64,000 bases of DNA, taken from an uncultured candidate division Zixibacteria bacterium (GTDB lineage: Bacteria; Zixibacteria; MSB-5A5; GN15; FEB-12). Location of the stretch: assembly GCA_963664195.1 (NCBI GenBank), contig OY760907.1:160001-224000 (forward strand), read 5' to 3'. Below, piece after piece: positions 48,596 to 59,390 of this stretch; the first letter of the stretch is position 1; each line of letters opens with the position of its first letter. The position numbers and the translations under genes were made by a program. The notes beneath the pieces are model-generated. The model did no database searches, had not been told where the DNA came from, and saw nothing but the letters and a program-made list of their open reading frames with translations.

Positions 48596-50554
48596 CTATC
48601 TCTTCAGGTTAACCAGTTCGTCCAGCATCTGGTCCGAGGTGGTAATAATCCGGGCGTTAGCCTGGAATCCACGCTGGGCCGTGATCATGGAGGTGAACTC
48701 CTGGGCGATATCCACCGAGGATGATTCCAGCGCGCCGGAAGTCATCGTGCCGGAGATTGTTGAACCAGCGACACCTTCGACCGCTTCACCGGAGTTTGGT
48801 GACGCCTGGAACATCGAGCGACCTGCCTTACGAAGACCCTGCTGGTTGTTGAAATCCGCCAGCATAATCTGCGCGAGGATTCGCGTGACACCATTGGAGA
48901 AAATCCCCGAAATGTTGCCGGCCTGGTCGATATCGATCTTCTCAAGAAGACCAAGACCGTAGCCATCCTGCCCGAGAATCTGGGCCAGGTGGCTGCCGCC
49001 GGAGGAGAATCCGGTCAGACCGTCAAACTCGCCAACCGAACCGGCATCCAGGTCGATCTGCATCATGTCGGCACCGTTGTTCGGGTCAATAGTGATGCCC
49101 GTAGCGCCACCAAAGAAGTCAAACGTATTGAGAGAACCGTCGGAGTTGAACTGAACGTAGCCAGAGCCTCCGGCCGTTATGTCCTCAACACCGGTGGTGG
49201 ACGCACTCCACTCCCAGCGGTTGTCGACAATCGACTTGAAGAACTCCACCGTCAGCGTATGGCGACCGCCCTGCGAGTCATAGACGTTGATGGACATCGC
49301 GTGCAATGTCGGCTCGGTTTCTATGATGAGCGGAGTCCCGGCGTTAGTGTTGCTGAGTTCATCGTTGCGGGCGGTCAACTCGATGCCGCCGCCACCAATT
49401 CCCTCAATGCCCCTGACCAGACCGGTTCTATCATCGATGATTGCATCGAGTACCGTCGTGATCGGACCTGCAGCGGCGCCGAAGCCACGTTCTGGCGTAA
49501 AGACATCAGTAATGACGTAGTTTGCGGCCACGCCGCCGGCAGATGCGAGCGGGTCACCAACGGTAACACCAAACACAACGTCTACAATGTTTCCGGCAGC
49601 GGCATTTCCCGCCGACATGAAATTGTAGGCCGCATCGGATCCCGCCTTGTCGCGGGTTATCACAATCTCGCCACCTGCCAGTTCGGCCGTAATCCCACTG
49701 ATCTGATTGATGGCGTTTATAAGATCCTGCACCGTGGAGTCGTCGTTGAGATCCGGTAGAATCTGAGCAGCCCCACCATCGACACTGAATCCGAATCCCG
49801 TATAATCGGTGACGCCAAGCCCGCCTGGGCCTCCCAGCGTCCTGTTTGCGGTAAGAACTCCGCCCGTGCTACTTGTGGCGTCTGCGTTCTCTGCCTGCGG
49901 ACCTGTAATCGTAATCCTGTGCGTACCGCCGACTCCGTCAACTGCAGTTCCAGACACCGTTTCCACGCCCGAACCACCGTCATCAAAGCTCGAGACAGTC
50001 GCATCCGTAATCGAAGCATCAATGTTGTTGCCGAGCCGGACTACTTCAGTCGCGCGGGCCGGGTCCTGCTGACCGAACGGGATATTGATATTGCCCGAGG
50101 TCGCCAGCGACGGAATCTGCCCGGAGGAGTCGGCCATTTTACCCTGTACAAACAAGCCGGTAGCGGGGTCAACCATGTTGGACCCGGCATCGAATCCAAA
50201 AGCACCCGCGCGGGTGTAGAAGTTGTTGCCGTTGTTGTCGCCAAGGATGAAGAACCCGGAGCCCTGGATGGCCATATCCGTGATCTGACCGGTAGTCTCC
50301 AGGCCGCCCTGCAGGAACAGGTTATCGATTGTAGAAACCTGCATGCCCAAACCGAGCTGCTGCGGGTTGGTACCGCCTGATACCGAGCTCGGACGCCCCG
50401 CGCCCTTGTACGTTTGTACCAGTGCTTCCTGGAAATTGATTCGTCCGGCCTTGTAGCCGATGGTGTTGACGTTCGCGATGTTGTTACCGATTACGTTCAA
50501 CTTGGTCTGGTGGTTCTTCAACCCCGACACACCAGAAAATAGAGATGCCATCAT
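48596..50554 (-). CDS. flgE: Flagellar hook protein FlgE, long form
   Basis: IGNNIANVNTIGYK, YTRAGAF, LESSSVDIAQEF, QRGFQANAR. Confidence 0.96.
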   Translation of the reverse strand: MMASLFSGVSGLKNHQTKLNVIGNNIANVNTIGYKAGRINFQEALVQTYKGAGRPSSVSGGTNPQQLGLGMQVSTIDNLFLQGGLETTGQITDMAIQGSGFFILGDNNGNNFYTRAGAFGFDAGSNMVDPATGLFVQGKMADSSGQIPSLATSGNINIPFGQQDPARATEVVRLGNNIDASITDATVSSFDDGGSGVETVSGTAVDGVGGTHRITITGPQAENADATSSTGGVLTANRTLGGPGGLGVTDYTGFGFSVDGGAAQILPDLNDDSTVQDLINAINQISGITAELAGGEIVITRDKAGSDAAYNFMSAGNAAAGNIVDVVFGVTVGDPLASAGGVAANYVITDVFTPERGFGAAAGPITTVLDAIIDDRTGLVRGIEGIGGGGIELTARNDELSNTNAGTPLIIETEPTLHAMSINVYDSQGGRHTLTVEFFKSIVDNRWEWSASTTGVEDITAGGSGYVQFNSDGSLNTFDFFGGATGITIDPNNGADMMQIDLDAGSVGEFDGLTGFSSGGSHLAQILGQDGYGLGLLEKIDIDQAGNISGIFSNGVTRILAQIMLADFNNQQGLRKAGRSMFQASPNSGEAVEGVAGSTISGTMTSGALESSSVDIAQEFTSMITAQRGFQANARIITTSDQMLDELVNLKR

Positions 50555-50650
50555 AGTGCACCTACCTCCTTGCGTACTCGCAAGACCTCCCCATCAAAAT
50601 GGGGTCCAGCCTCTGCGTGTTTGTTTATCATAAATCTCATTCTTGTTGCC

Positions 50651-51058
50651 TTACAGTATGACCGCCGAGTCAATCGACGTTACAATTCCGTCTCTGAGGT
50701 TATTGCGGTCAAACGCCGTGATGACGGTGCGATTTTTCACCGACACGACCAGCGCCGAATCATCGGTAAGGATCAGCGTCTCACGTGATCCTTTGGCGGC
50801 GGCGGTGTCCACAGCGTTGGATATCTTGGTCAGCATTTCCTGCGAGATTTCAATCCCGCGAGAGAAAAGCCGTTCACTTGCATGCTTGGAAAAGGAAATG
50901 CCCTGATCGGCAGCCATCTCGTTTGAGAACATGTCCTTGAAGGACGCGTCACCGATTTCGCCGCTACTAATCGACGGCGCTTTACCGCGATTGGCGATTT
51001 CGGTCAGATTGACCGGCCGCTGGTAGTTGTTGATCTTGACTGCGTTTCCTATACTCAT
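50651..51058 (-). CDS. Flagellar operon protein (TIGR02530-type)
   Basis: FSKHASERL..RGI, VSVKNRTVITA, TSIDSAVI. Confidence 0.9.
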   Translation of the reverse strand: MSIGNAVKINNYQRPVNLTEIANRGKAPSISSGEIGDASFKDMFSNEMAADQGISFSKHASERLFSRGIEISQEMLTKISNAVDTAAAKGSRETLILTDDSALVVSVKNRTVITAFDRNNLRDGIVTSIDSAVIL

Positions 51059-51117
51059 CTTACTGCTCTTCCTTCTCGACTCACTTCCATGTGAGGTCTT
51101 CAGGTGAGGTGAGGCCT

Positions 51118-51861
51118 TTAGCCCTCGTTTACATCATCGTTTCCGCTGCCGCCGTCATCACCGCTGCTGTCGCCGGTATCCGCAGATTCCGCAGCGCCGA
51201 TTGAGGTGATATCGCCAAGTGCCAACTCGGTGCCGTTGACCATCAGGTATGCCGAACCGTCGCGATACACAACTTTCTCGACAACTCCGACCAGTGACAG
51301 TTTCGGAGTAAAATCATCGCCCGACGGGTTGGTGCCGGTAGCTTCGACCGTGTAGAATCCTTCTGCCACGCGATTGCCAAGGCTGTCCTTTCCGTCCCAT
51401 TTTATCGATCCGGTGCCGGTAGCCACATCGCTCTGTTTCAGCGTAGTGACCACAGCGCCCTCGGAATCAAGAATCTTGAATTCGAGATCATTGGCATACT
51501 GAGTCGTTGAGTACGAAATCACCGGCTGGTTGCTGTCATCGATGTATACCGTCGAATAATCAGCGCTGACTTCCTTTCCGATGAAACCCGAAGCCATGAC
51601 GTTGTTCTGCGACTGCATCTGGAGATACGACCACTGGTTGGCAGTTTCGATCCCCTCGGAGATGTTGTTCATCTGTTCGAGCGAGGAAAACTGCGCCAAC
51701 TGCGCAATGAAGTCTTCATCGGCCATCGGCTCCAGGGGATCCTGATACTGCAGCTTGGTAATCATCAACTGCAGGAAATCATCCTTACCGAGCGACTGCA
51801 TACTGCCTGTGTCTTTGGCCACTCCGCTTGCGTCGGTTGCTACCGGTGAAATGAATCCCAT
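51118..51861 (-). CDS. flgD: Hook capping protein FlgD
   Basis: LGKDDFLQL...QDPLEP...[20 protein letters not shown] before ATG 51861. Confidence 0.96.
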   Translation of the reverse strand: MGFISPVATDASGVAKDTGSMQSLGKDDFLQLMITKLQYQDPLEPMADEDFIAQLAQFSSLEQMNNISEGIETANQWSYLQMQSQNNVMASGFIGKEVSADYSTVYIDDSNQPVISYSTTQYANDLEFKILDSEGAVVTTLKQSDVATGTGSIKWDGKDSLGNRVAEGFYTVEATGTNPSGDDFTPKLSLVGVVEKVVYRDGSAYLMVNGTELALGDITSIGAAESADTGDSSGDDGGSGNDDVNEG

Positions 51862-51871
51862 CTTAACACTC

Positions 51872-53509
51872 CTATGCCAACAGGTTGACGCCGCTCGATC
51901 CGACATACTGCTGTGCGGCAGCCGCCATGACCGTTCGGGACATCGTTACCTGGTCCATTTCAAAGTCGTCGTCGTTGATACGGGTCTTCGCCTTGCGGCC
52001 GCCAGTCCAGGACGGGCGCTGGTCGAGGAATCGGTGTTGTGAGTTGCTGTCCAGAGTGACCTCAATATGGTCAACCGAGACACCGGCGCGTGAGAGCTGC
52101 TGGGTCAACTGATCCAGCGAATTCTCGACTGCCGCCTTGGCCGCCGGGGAGTCAACCGACACACGGGCGGTCAACAGGTCGTTACGCATTGTCAGATGCA
52201 AACGGGCCGGGCCAAGATGATCCGGCTGGATTCGCAGCATAATCGACTGTCCGCCTGCCTTAAGTGGCTTGTCAAAAGTCTCCGGAATGCTCAGGCGCAC
52301 GCGGGGTGTTTCCACTTCCTGAGAGGAGAGCTTCGAAAACACCGCGCCCTTTTCGATCAGGGAATCATCGCTGAACATGACCTGCGAGGTCGTCGACTGC
52401 TGAGTCTCAACCCCGGTAATCCGATCGGCAATATCAAACGGCATTTTCGTTGTCGTGATTTTGGACGGCACCGCCACCTCTCGGAAGATCGGACGTGTCC
52501 TGGGCGACGTGGGAACGTTGTCGCCGGGAATGTCACTGCTTCGCTGGTGTGACCGTGAATTCTGCGGTTCCACGGTGCCGCTTAGTCTTGATGTCTTCTT
52601 GGTCTCGATATCCTGCTTGCGCAGGTTGCTCTTGATAATGACCTGGCTGCCTGCATCTTCGGCTACGATACTCAGTGCGACCGGCTGTTTCTGGGCCGCG
52701 GTCGTCTGAACTTGATCGTCCAGTTTGATATCGACGGCTTTCAAATTCAGGCGGGAAACAAGTTCCTCGAACTGAATCGTCTTCTGCGTCTGAGCATCAA
52801 AAAGCGGAGTCTTTGCAGACGGCTGATATTCAATTGGCCGTACATCGTTCGGGCGCGTGACTTCAGCATCGGCCAGCAATTTGGTCGGAATCGAAATCTT
52901 GACCGGTTCGGCCTGATCACCCTCTCCGGCAACTGTCAGTTGCAGCTTACCGGAATCGACTTTGGCATCGAGAATCTTGTAGATTGCCGACTCCAGCAAT
53001 TCCGGTTGGTTATCAAAGAGATTCTGAATATTCGGATTATGGATAGCAGCCCGCGCGACCAGCTCTTCAACCTCGGCCGTTTCGACAACCGGCAGGTTGT
53101 CAGTCGGCATCGGCACCGACACAGCCGGCTTCGATTGATCGGGCACGGGTCCTTGAGCATTCTGAGCCAGTGCGTTTTCCTGCGTGCCAAGGATGTCGGC
53201 ACCGGGCAGCAGACTCATGAAGTTGCCGACAGCAAGCAGCTCTGGCTTCGGATCGGTCTGAGGCACGGTGACTTCAGCATCCTCGGTCGGGATCAGAGTC
53301 TCGAACGGGACAGCCTCGATCTGCGCTTGCAGAAGATCGGTACGCGGGGTGAGTTGGAGACCGTTGTCTCCGGCCAACATCGCCAGCATTTCGCCAAACG
53401 GCGTACTCGGCTGCTCGCCCGAAACAGGCATCCCGGCCTGACCCGATGCCTGAACATCGACTCCGCCGAGCAACTGATCGAGTATGTTGGCTGAACCCTG
53501 CAACATCAT
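51872..53509 (-). CDS. fliK: Hook-length control protein FliK
   Basis: Low-complexity body; LRIQPDHLG; ends GVNLLA; precedes flgD. Confidence 0.9.
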   Translation of the reverse strand: MMLQGSANILDQLLGGVDVQASGQAGMPVSGEQPSTPFGEMLAMLAGDNGLQLTPRTDLLQAQIEAVPFETLIPTEDAEVTVPQTDPKPELLAVGNFMSLLPGADILGTQENALAQNAQGPVPDQSKPAVSVPMPTDNLPVVETAEVEELVARAAIHNPNIQNLFDNQPELLESAIYKILDAKVDSGKLQLTVAGEGDQAEPVKISIPTKLLADAEVTRPNDVRPIEYQPSAKTPLFDAQTQKTIQFEELVSRLNLKAVDIKLDDQVQTTAAQKQPVALSIVAEDAGSQVIIKSNLRKQDIETKKTSRLSGTVEPQNSRSHQRSSDIPGDNVPTSPRTRPIFREVAVPSKITTTKMPFDIADRITGVETQQSTTSQVMFSDDSLIEKGAVFSKLSSQEVETPRVRLSIPETFDKPLKAGGQSIMLRIQPDHLGPARLHLTMRNDLLTARVSVDSPAAKAAVENSLDQLTQQLSRAGVSVDHIEVTLDSNSQHRFLDQRPSWTGGRKAKTRINDDDFEMDQVTMSRTVMAAAAQQYVGSSGVNLLA

Positions 53510-53511
53510 TC

Positions 53512-54300
53512 TTATTTCTCTGCTATCGTTATCATCTGTTTCGAGAGCTTCGCGGCTCGCTTCGCCGGCATGAGCTGGAGAAGCTGCGAGGCATTCTTCT
53601 GTTTCATACGCGGGAGAATCGAGACGACCGTGGCATCATCAAGGTTGGCGGCCAGATTGGCTACCGCCCGAGACTCCATGCCGTCATACAACTTGGCAAG
53701 CTGCGCGATACGCGAAGATTCTGCCTGTTCAATCCGCATAATTTTCTGGGAAACTGAGCGGTCGAGTTTGGCCAGTTCTGCCTCGCGGGACGCAAGGTTC
53801 TTTTCGCGCTCGGCTAGTTTGGCCTTCTCGGCCTCGATCCAATTGGCCTGTTCCAGAGAGTCCTCAACCGACATGCCGCCGTCGACCTCGCCGAGCTCAC
53901 CAACTTCCGGATCGTAATCAAGGATTTCGAGGTTGGCCATGATATTCTCAAGCACGGATTCATCCTGCTCGAGCAGCGCCATGATTGAGTCTTCTTCGGA
54001 CATATAACCGGCTATCTCTTCGTGAGCGTCGTCAGCCGATTCCTCGTGAGCCTCGGTGTGAGACTCGACTTTGGTAGCCTCGTGTGAATCAGCGACCTCA
54101 TGGGTACCACCCTGCTCATCCGCAGGTGCCTCGGCCTCATGGTCGCCACCGACAAACATCAGCGTCACAACAATCACTGCGACGACTGCGACAAGACCAA
54201 TGCCGCCGATAAGCAGATACTTCATCATACCGCTTTTCTTTGGTGTCTCTTCCGCCGGAGTCTCAGTTTGTGTCGCTTCTTCAGTCACTTTTTTCTCCAA
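53512..54300 (-). CDS. MotE/YlxF-like flagellar protein (TM, coiled coil, MgtE-N-like)
   Basis: LAKLYDGME..AVA...ILPRMK..NASQLLQLMPAKRAA; real start may be GTG 54288. Confidence 0.85.
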   Translation of the reverse strand: MEKKVTEEATQTETPAEETPKKSGMMKYLLIGGIGLVAVVAVIVVTLMFVGGDHEAEAPADEQGGTHEVADSHEATKVESHTEAHEESADDAHEEIAGYMSEEDSIMALLEQDESVLENIMANLEILDYDPEVGELGEVDGGMSVEDSLEQANWIEAEKAKLAEREKNLASREAELAKLDRSVSQKIMRIEQAESSRIAQLAKLYDGMESRAVANLAANLDDATVVSILPRMKQKNASQLLQLMPAKRAAKLSKQMITIAEK

Positions 54301-54327
54301 AACATACTATTTTCCCACCCTCAATTG

Positions 54328-54344
54328 AGCAAGGTCTGTGCCAA
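54328..54344 (-). promoter_or_regulatory. sigma54 promoter of the hook/switch operon
   Basis: TTGGCAC-AGACC-TTGCT, full consensus. Confidence 0.85.
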
Positions 54345-54430
54345 ACCTGCACACGCATTCGCAAGCCACTGCATAACACTACCTTACGCGCCATCGGATT
54401 GACTCGCGATTCACATGCAAATCGAATACG

Positions 54431-54469
54431 CAGGAAGATTTTTCCGGAGAGTCAGGAAGAAATTGCGCT
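54431..54469. promoter_or_regulatory. Tandem enhancer-like boxes
   Basis: CAGGAA-GATTT-TTCCGG and CAGGAA-GAAAT-TGCGCT, starts 22 bp apart. Confidence 0.55.
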
Positions 54470-54493
54470 GAAAGTGGGAGAAAGTCTTAGCAG

Positions 54494-54590
54494 GTCAGTC
54501 CCGTCCTCGGGGCTGGCTGAAAAGACAGTGGCAGAACCACTCAGACAAGTCAGCGACAGACACCAGTCCGTCTACTCGGGTTCTGCCCTA
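54494..54590. repeat. REP-like palindromes
   Basis: GTCAGTCCCG-TCCTC-GGGGCTGGC resembles the 57133 element; GGCAGAACC...GGTTCTGCCCTAC. Confidence 0.5.
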
Positions 54591-54633
54591 CAAGAGAAAC
54601 CGCATCGCGCTATTAATGTGAGAGAGAAGAAGA

Positions 54634-55977
54634 CTACAGCAGGTCGCCCTTGACATGATTGTCCTTGGCAGAAGTCACGAGATACTTCACGATCTGGCGG
54701 CCACCTTCGAAATCAAGCGGCAGGCTGACCTTGGTGTAATTGCCGGCGATCCCCCAGAAAGTCCCCCGATCAACTTTCTTGTGCTCGGCGATAACGTCCA
54801 GAATACGACCGATCTGGCGACGGTTGGATCTCCGAAGGGTGCAGCGTGACACATCCTTGAGCGTCTTGTTGCGGGCTTTGATGACCTCGGTCGGAACTTT
54901 GTTACAAAACTCAGACGCCTTTGTACCCGGACGATCTGAGTAGCTGAAAACATGCAGGTAGTCGAGCAGCCCCGACGAGGCAACTTTGACGCTCTCAGCG
55001 AAATCCGCGTCGGTCTCCCCCGGGAATCCGACTATAATATCTGCGCCGATTACCGTATCCGGCTGTGCCTTTCGCAGCGCTGCGACTCGATGCAGGTACG
55101 TTTCCTGATCGTAAGGACGCCGCATCAGCCGGAGGATTCTCGAAGACCCCGACTGCAGCGGAAGGTGCATATGGCGGCAAATCCGTTCTCCGGCTTCAAC
55201 ATATACTTCCAGTAACTCGTCACGAACAGTCTGTGGTTCGATCGAAGAAAGCCGAATGCGCCCAACCTCGGTTTCACTCAGGATTAACCGGCAAAGATGC
55301 GCGAGGTTCTTGACATCCGGCGCCCCGGTCCGATGCTTGTAATGCCCCAGGTGAAGCCCGGTAAGAACGACTTCTTGAAAACCATGATTGACCAGACCGC
55401 GGACTTCCTCGATGATCTCAGCCGCGGGACGGTTGACAAGATGCCCGCGCACCGAAGGCAGAATACAGAACGCGCAACGTTGGTTGCACCCGTCGGACAC
55501 TTTCAACCAGGAACGGTTGAACTGGTCGAACCGCGCGACACCGTCGCATTCGTCCAATAGAGGCTCTGACTTAAACAATTCTGGAAGCCGCCCCGGCAGG
55601 ATTTCGGCGATGCGCTGCTTGTCCTCGTTGGCAATGAGAACATCAACTCCTCCCATATCCGAGACGAACTCGGGGTCCTTGTTGACATAACATCCGGCAA
55701 CGACAATGCGGGCGTCCGGGTTCTCACGCTGCGCCCGATGAATCAGATAGCGATTATCGGAATCAGCACGATGCGTCACGGTGCAGGTATTGATAATGTA
55801 CAGATCAGCCGGTTCCCCGCGTTTGACCCGTCGAAACCCATACGGCATCAGGGCGGCGGCCATTTTCTCAGTCTCGTATTGATTGAGACGACAGCCCACT
55901 GTCTGGAGTGAGATTCGTTTTGGTGCAGATTCGGCCATGCTGTCTACGACACCCGCTTGCCGTCCAGGCGTTTCCAA
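54634..55977 (-). CDS. mtaB: tRNA t6A37 methylthiotransferase MtaB
   Basis: TVGCRLNQYE, NTCTVT, CNQRCAFC, HLPLQSGS, IVGFPGET; start may be ATG 55938. Confidence 0.93.
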   Translation of the reverse strand: METPGRQAGVVDSMAESAPKRISLQTVGCRLNQYETEKMAAALMPYGFRRVKRGEPADLYIINTCTVTHRADSDNRYLIHRAQRENPDARIVVAGCYVNKDPEFVSDMGGVDVLIANEDKQRIAEILPGRLPELFKSEPLLDECDGVARFDQFNRSWLKVSDGCNQRCAFCILPSVRGHLVNRPAAEIIEEVRGLVNHGFQEVVLTGLHLGHYKHRTGAPDVKNLAHLCRLILSETEVGRIRLSSIEPQTVRDELLEVYVEAGERICRHMHLPLQSGSSRILRLMRRPYDQETYLHRVAALRKAQPDTVIGADIIVGFPGETDADFAESVKVASSGLLDYLHVFSYSDRPGTKASEFCNKVPTEVIKARNKTLKDVSRCTLRRSNRRQIGRILDVIAEHKKVDRGTFWGIAGNYTKVSLPLDFEGGRQIVKYLVTSAKDNHVKGDLL

Positions 55978-56936
55978 AACAGACCGACGGCGTGAGCGAC
56001 ATCATCAGCACAGGCTATGTTCTCAAGCGACACCCGGAACTCCTTGGCTCCGGGGAAACCGGAAGCGTAGGCCATCAGGTGTTTGCGCATGACGATGAAG
56101 TTCTTCTCCTCCCCAAAGGTCTCCTCGAAAATGCGCGCATGTCTGAGCATGGCCTCGAACATCTCTCCGCGCGAGACGTCCTTGATATCCTTCTCGCGGC
56201 TAAACAGCCACGGGTTACCGAAAATAGCCCGTCCAAACATGACACCGTCGACGCCTGTCTTCGCAACAAGCTCATCGGCCTGTGCCAGCGACTTCACGTC
56301 GCCGTTGCCTAGTATCAACACGCCGCTGCCTTTGGCCATCTCGACCGGAATGTGCATAAGCTCCCAGTGTGCAGCAACTTTGGACATTTCCTTGCGAGTC
56401 CGCAGGTGGAATATAATCGCGGCCGGATTCGATGCGAGCAACGCCTCCGTCCATTCCTCTATCTGCACCTGGCTGAAGCCGATTCGCGTTTTCACTGAAA
56501 CCGGCAGATCCCCGGCGCCTTCGATAGTCGCCTGTACTATATCCTGAGCCAGTGTAGGCGTTTTTATCAGGGCCGCGCCGGAACCGCCCTTGCAGACAGC
56601 TTTGTCGGGACAGCCCATATTGATGTCGATTCCGTCGAACCCGAGTTCAATCGCCAACCGTGCGCATTCCCGAAAATACTCCGGCTTCTTGCCGAAAAAC
56701 TGCGCGACAATCGGCCGCTCGGATTCATCGTACCGAAGATTCCGCACGAGCGGCTCGCGACCGGCACTGCAAAGCCCGTCGACCGAAACGAACTCGGTGA
56801 AGGTGACGTCCGGCTTGCCGCACTGGGCAATCAGTTTCCGCGAGGCGGCATCGGTAACGTCCGACATCGGAGCAAGGGCCATGATCGGTTTTTCGATCTT
56901 GTCCCAGAATCCCTTTTTGCTGATTAACTTGCTCAC
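55944..56936 (-). CDS. dus: tRNA-dihydrouridine synthase
   Basis: LAPM, DINMGCP, SVKTRIG, GNGD, GRAIFGNPWLF. Confidence 0.94.
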   Translation of the reverse strand: MSKLISKKGFWDKIEKPIMALAPMSDVTDAASRKLIAQCGKPDVTFTEFVSVDGLCSAGREPLVRNLRYDESERPIVAQFFGKKPEYFRECARLAIELGFDGIDINMGCPDKAVCKGGSGAALIKTPTLAQDIVQATIEGAGDLPVSVKTRIGFSQVQIEEWTEALLASNPAAIIFHLRTRKEMSKVAAHWELMHIPVEMAKGSGVLILGNGDVKSLAQADELVAKTGVDGVMFGRAIFGNPWLFSREKDIKDVSRGEMFEAMLRHARIFEETFGEEKNFIVMRKHLMAYASGFPGAKEFRVSLENIACADDVAHAVGLFWKRLDGKRVS

Positions 56937-57132
56937 GTCTTACAGAACTCGTGTTTCTTTCAATTGTGCCTGCGAATAACCGACCGAATCTCTCTATCTC
57001 TTTGCTCGCGACCGTCAGGGTTCCAGGGGCTGTCCCAAAAGCCATAAGTCCATGATGTCTTGTCATGGGCTGCTTGCCAGTATCAACATGACCAATGCCG
57101 CAACGCTGGCGTCGCGACTACTTACGAACATT

Positions 57133-57195
57133 GTAGGCCAGCCCCATCTTCGGGACTGACATTCAACTGTCAGAACCACAGGGGTTTCGACCTAC
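57133..57195. repeat. GTAG-type REP doublet (REPIN-like)
   Basis: GTAGGCCAGCCCC...GGGACTGACA facing inverted GTAGGTCGAAACCCC...GGTTCTGACA. Confidence 0.6.
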
Positions 57196-57253
57196 TTTTG
57201 ACACAGCCTCTCCACTCCTGACGCGTACCGGAAGTACCGGTCAAATACCTATC

Positions 57254-57286
57254 AAAAAAACGGCGGCCAACATTCTGGCCGCCGTT
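57254..57286 (-). terminator. Intrinsic terminator of rpsA
   Basis: AACGGCGGCCA / TGGCCGCCGTT stem followed by a T tract. Confidence 0.88.
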
Positions 57287-57308
57287 GTTGACTATACGAA
57301 GCAGTAGA

Positions 57309-59390
57309 CTACTCTTTCGTCCCCTCGGAATCGTCAGTCGTCTCGTCCGGGGCCGCGTCTTCCGGCGCAGCTTCCTGCGGCGCGGTTTCTTCCGCAACCG
57401 GCTCCTCGACAACAGACTCCTCCGGAGCCGATGCTGCTGCCCTCAGATTCTCCGGCATGGCGTCAGCCATCGCACCAGACATGTCTGTGCTGTGCCTGTC
57501 CAGGTACTCATCGAATTCGGAGCGCTCGCGCTTTTTGTAGTAAGCGACTGCCGACAGGACCACCTTGTGCTGGTTCTGATCGAATTCGATTACCGTGAGC
57601 GGAATCTGCTCGCCGTCATTGAATACGCCGGTCGGGTCGGAAAGGTCCTTGGCACCAAGCTGGCTGGTAGGTACGAATCCCTCGACAGCATCGCCGAGAT
57701 CAACAACCACACCACGGTCGAACACCTTGACAATCGTGCCGAGGCATTCGGCACCGACACCAAGTTTCTTCGACAGCTCCGGCCACGGATCATCGCTCAG
57801 CTGCTTGTAGCCGAGCGAAATACGACGGTTGTCGTGATCAATCTTGATCACCTTAACCTCAACCGTATCACCCTTCTTGATAACTTCCGACGGATGCTGA
57901 ATCCGGCGCGTCCAGGACATATCTGAGATGTGCACCAGGCCGTCGATACCTTCTTCAAGCTCCACGAAAGCACCAAAAGCGGTCAGATTGCGCACCTTGC
58001 CGCTGATGACTTTGCCGATCGGATACTTGCCGTCAATCGTCATCCACGGGTCCGGTTCCATCTGCTTGATACCAAGAGAAATCTTCTCGTTATCCTTGTC
58101 TACCGAAAGCACAACCGCTTCGATCTGGTCGTTGACGGCCATGATCTTCGACGGGTGCTTGATATGCTGGGTCCAGGACATCTCGGAAATATGAATAAGT
58201 CCTTCGATACCCTTCTCCAGCTCGACAAAGGCGCCGTAATCGGTGATGGAAACCACACGACCGGTGACTTTCTTGCCAAGCGGATACTTCTCTTCGATGT
58301 TTTCCCACGGATACGGGGTCATCTGCTTCAGGCCAAGCGAAATACGCGTGGTCTTATCATCGAAATCAAGAATCTTGACTTCAATCTTGTCGCCCAGGGT
58401 AACCATTTCCGAAGGATGACGGACCCGGCCCCAGGACATGTCGGTGATGTGCAACAGTCCGTCGACACCACCCATATCAATGAAGACACCAAAATCGGTA
58501 ACGTTCTTGACCACGCCTTCGCGGATCTGGCCGACTTCAATCTCCTGCAGAAGAGCTTCACGCATATGTTCGCGCTCTTTTTCCAGCACGACACGACGCG
58601 ACACCACGATATTGCGGCGGCTCTTATTCAACTTGATAATCTTGACGCTGATTTCCTTGCCGATGAGGGCGTCGAAATCAGGGACCTGACGCAGAGAAAT
58701 CTGCGAACCCGGCAGGAAGGCATCAACACCCTTGATGTCAACCACCACGCCACCTTTGATGCGGCGCATGATCTTGCCCTCAATCGACTCTCCCGCGTCA
58801 TGTACGTCGCGGATGTTATCCCAGACGCGCATGAAGTCAGCTTTCTGCTTGGAGAGCAGAAGCTGCCCGTTCTGATCTTCCATCTGTTCCAAGAAGACGT
58901 CGATCTCTTCGCCGACGCCGATGTTCAACGGCTTCGGGAATTCACTGATCGGGATGATACCTTCGGACTTGAAGCCCACGTCGACGATAACGTCGTCGGG
59001 ATTGACTCCGATTACGGTACCGTGAACGATTTCACCTTCTTTGATGTCTTTGATAGTCGCATCGTACATGTCGACCATGGCGTCATAGTCTTCTTTGTCG
59101 TAGACAACGCCAGAGACATCGGTGATTTTCATCGCCTTGATTTCATCATCCGGGACGACAGGTTTTGGTGCCGGTTTGATTTTGGCCTTTTCGACCATTC
59201 TCTGACGGCGGGCGGTCATTACGCGCTCAGCAACAGTTGTCTCCGTTTGCTGGAGAGCGGCGTCATCGGTTATCACGACATCCGTCTTGACAATCTTCGA
59301 TTTGACCTTAGTAGTTTTCTTGGCGCTGGTTGCTTTACGTTTTGACGGTTTCACAACCCGGCCTGCATTGGTTTTGTTGGCTTCTGCCAT
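57309..59390 (-). CDS. rpsA: 30S ribosomal protein S1
   Basis: Six S1 repeats (DFGVFID, DYGAFVE, AFGAFVE); AGGAGG before ATG 59390. Confidence 0.97.
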   Translation of the reverse strand: MAEANKTNAGRVVKPSKRKATSAKKTTKVKSKIVKTDVVITDDAALQQTETTVAERVMTARRQRMVEKAKIKPAPKPVVPDDEIKAMKITDVSGVVYDKEDYDAMVDMYDATIKDIKEGEIVHGTVIGVNPDDVIVDVGFKSEGIIPISEFPKPLNIGVGEEIDVFLEQMEDQNGQLLLSKQKADFMRVWDNIRDVHDAGESIEGKIMRRIKGGVVVDIKGVDAFLPGSQISLRQVPDFDALIGKEISVKIIKLNKSRRNIVVSRRVVLEKEREHMREALLQEIEVGQIREGVVKNVTDFGVFIDMGGVDGLLHITDMSWGRVRHPSEMVTLGDKIEVKILDFDDKTTRISLGLKQMTPYPWENIEEKYPLGKKVTGRVVSITDYGAFVELEKGIEGLIHISEMSWTQHIKHPSKIMAVNDQIEAVVLSVDKDNEKISLGIKQMEPDPWMTIDGKYPIGKVISGKVRNLTAFGAFVELEEGIDGLVHISDMSWTRRIQHPSEVIKKGDTVEVKVIKIDHDNRRISLGYKQLSDDPWPELSKKLGVGAECLGTIVKVFDRGVVVDLGDAVEGFVPTSQLGAKDLSDPTGVFNDGEQIPLTVIEFDQNQHKVVLSAVAYYKKRERSEFDEYLDRHSTDMSGAMADAMPENLRAAASAPEESVVEEPVAEETAPQEAAPEDAAPDETTDDSEGTKE

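Noticed and set aside
29046..59345. Long plus-strand ORFs such as 29046-30269, 35286-36194, 39324-40238 and 57930-59345
   Set aside because: Antisense shadows of well-supported minus-strand genes
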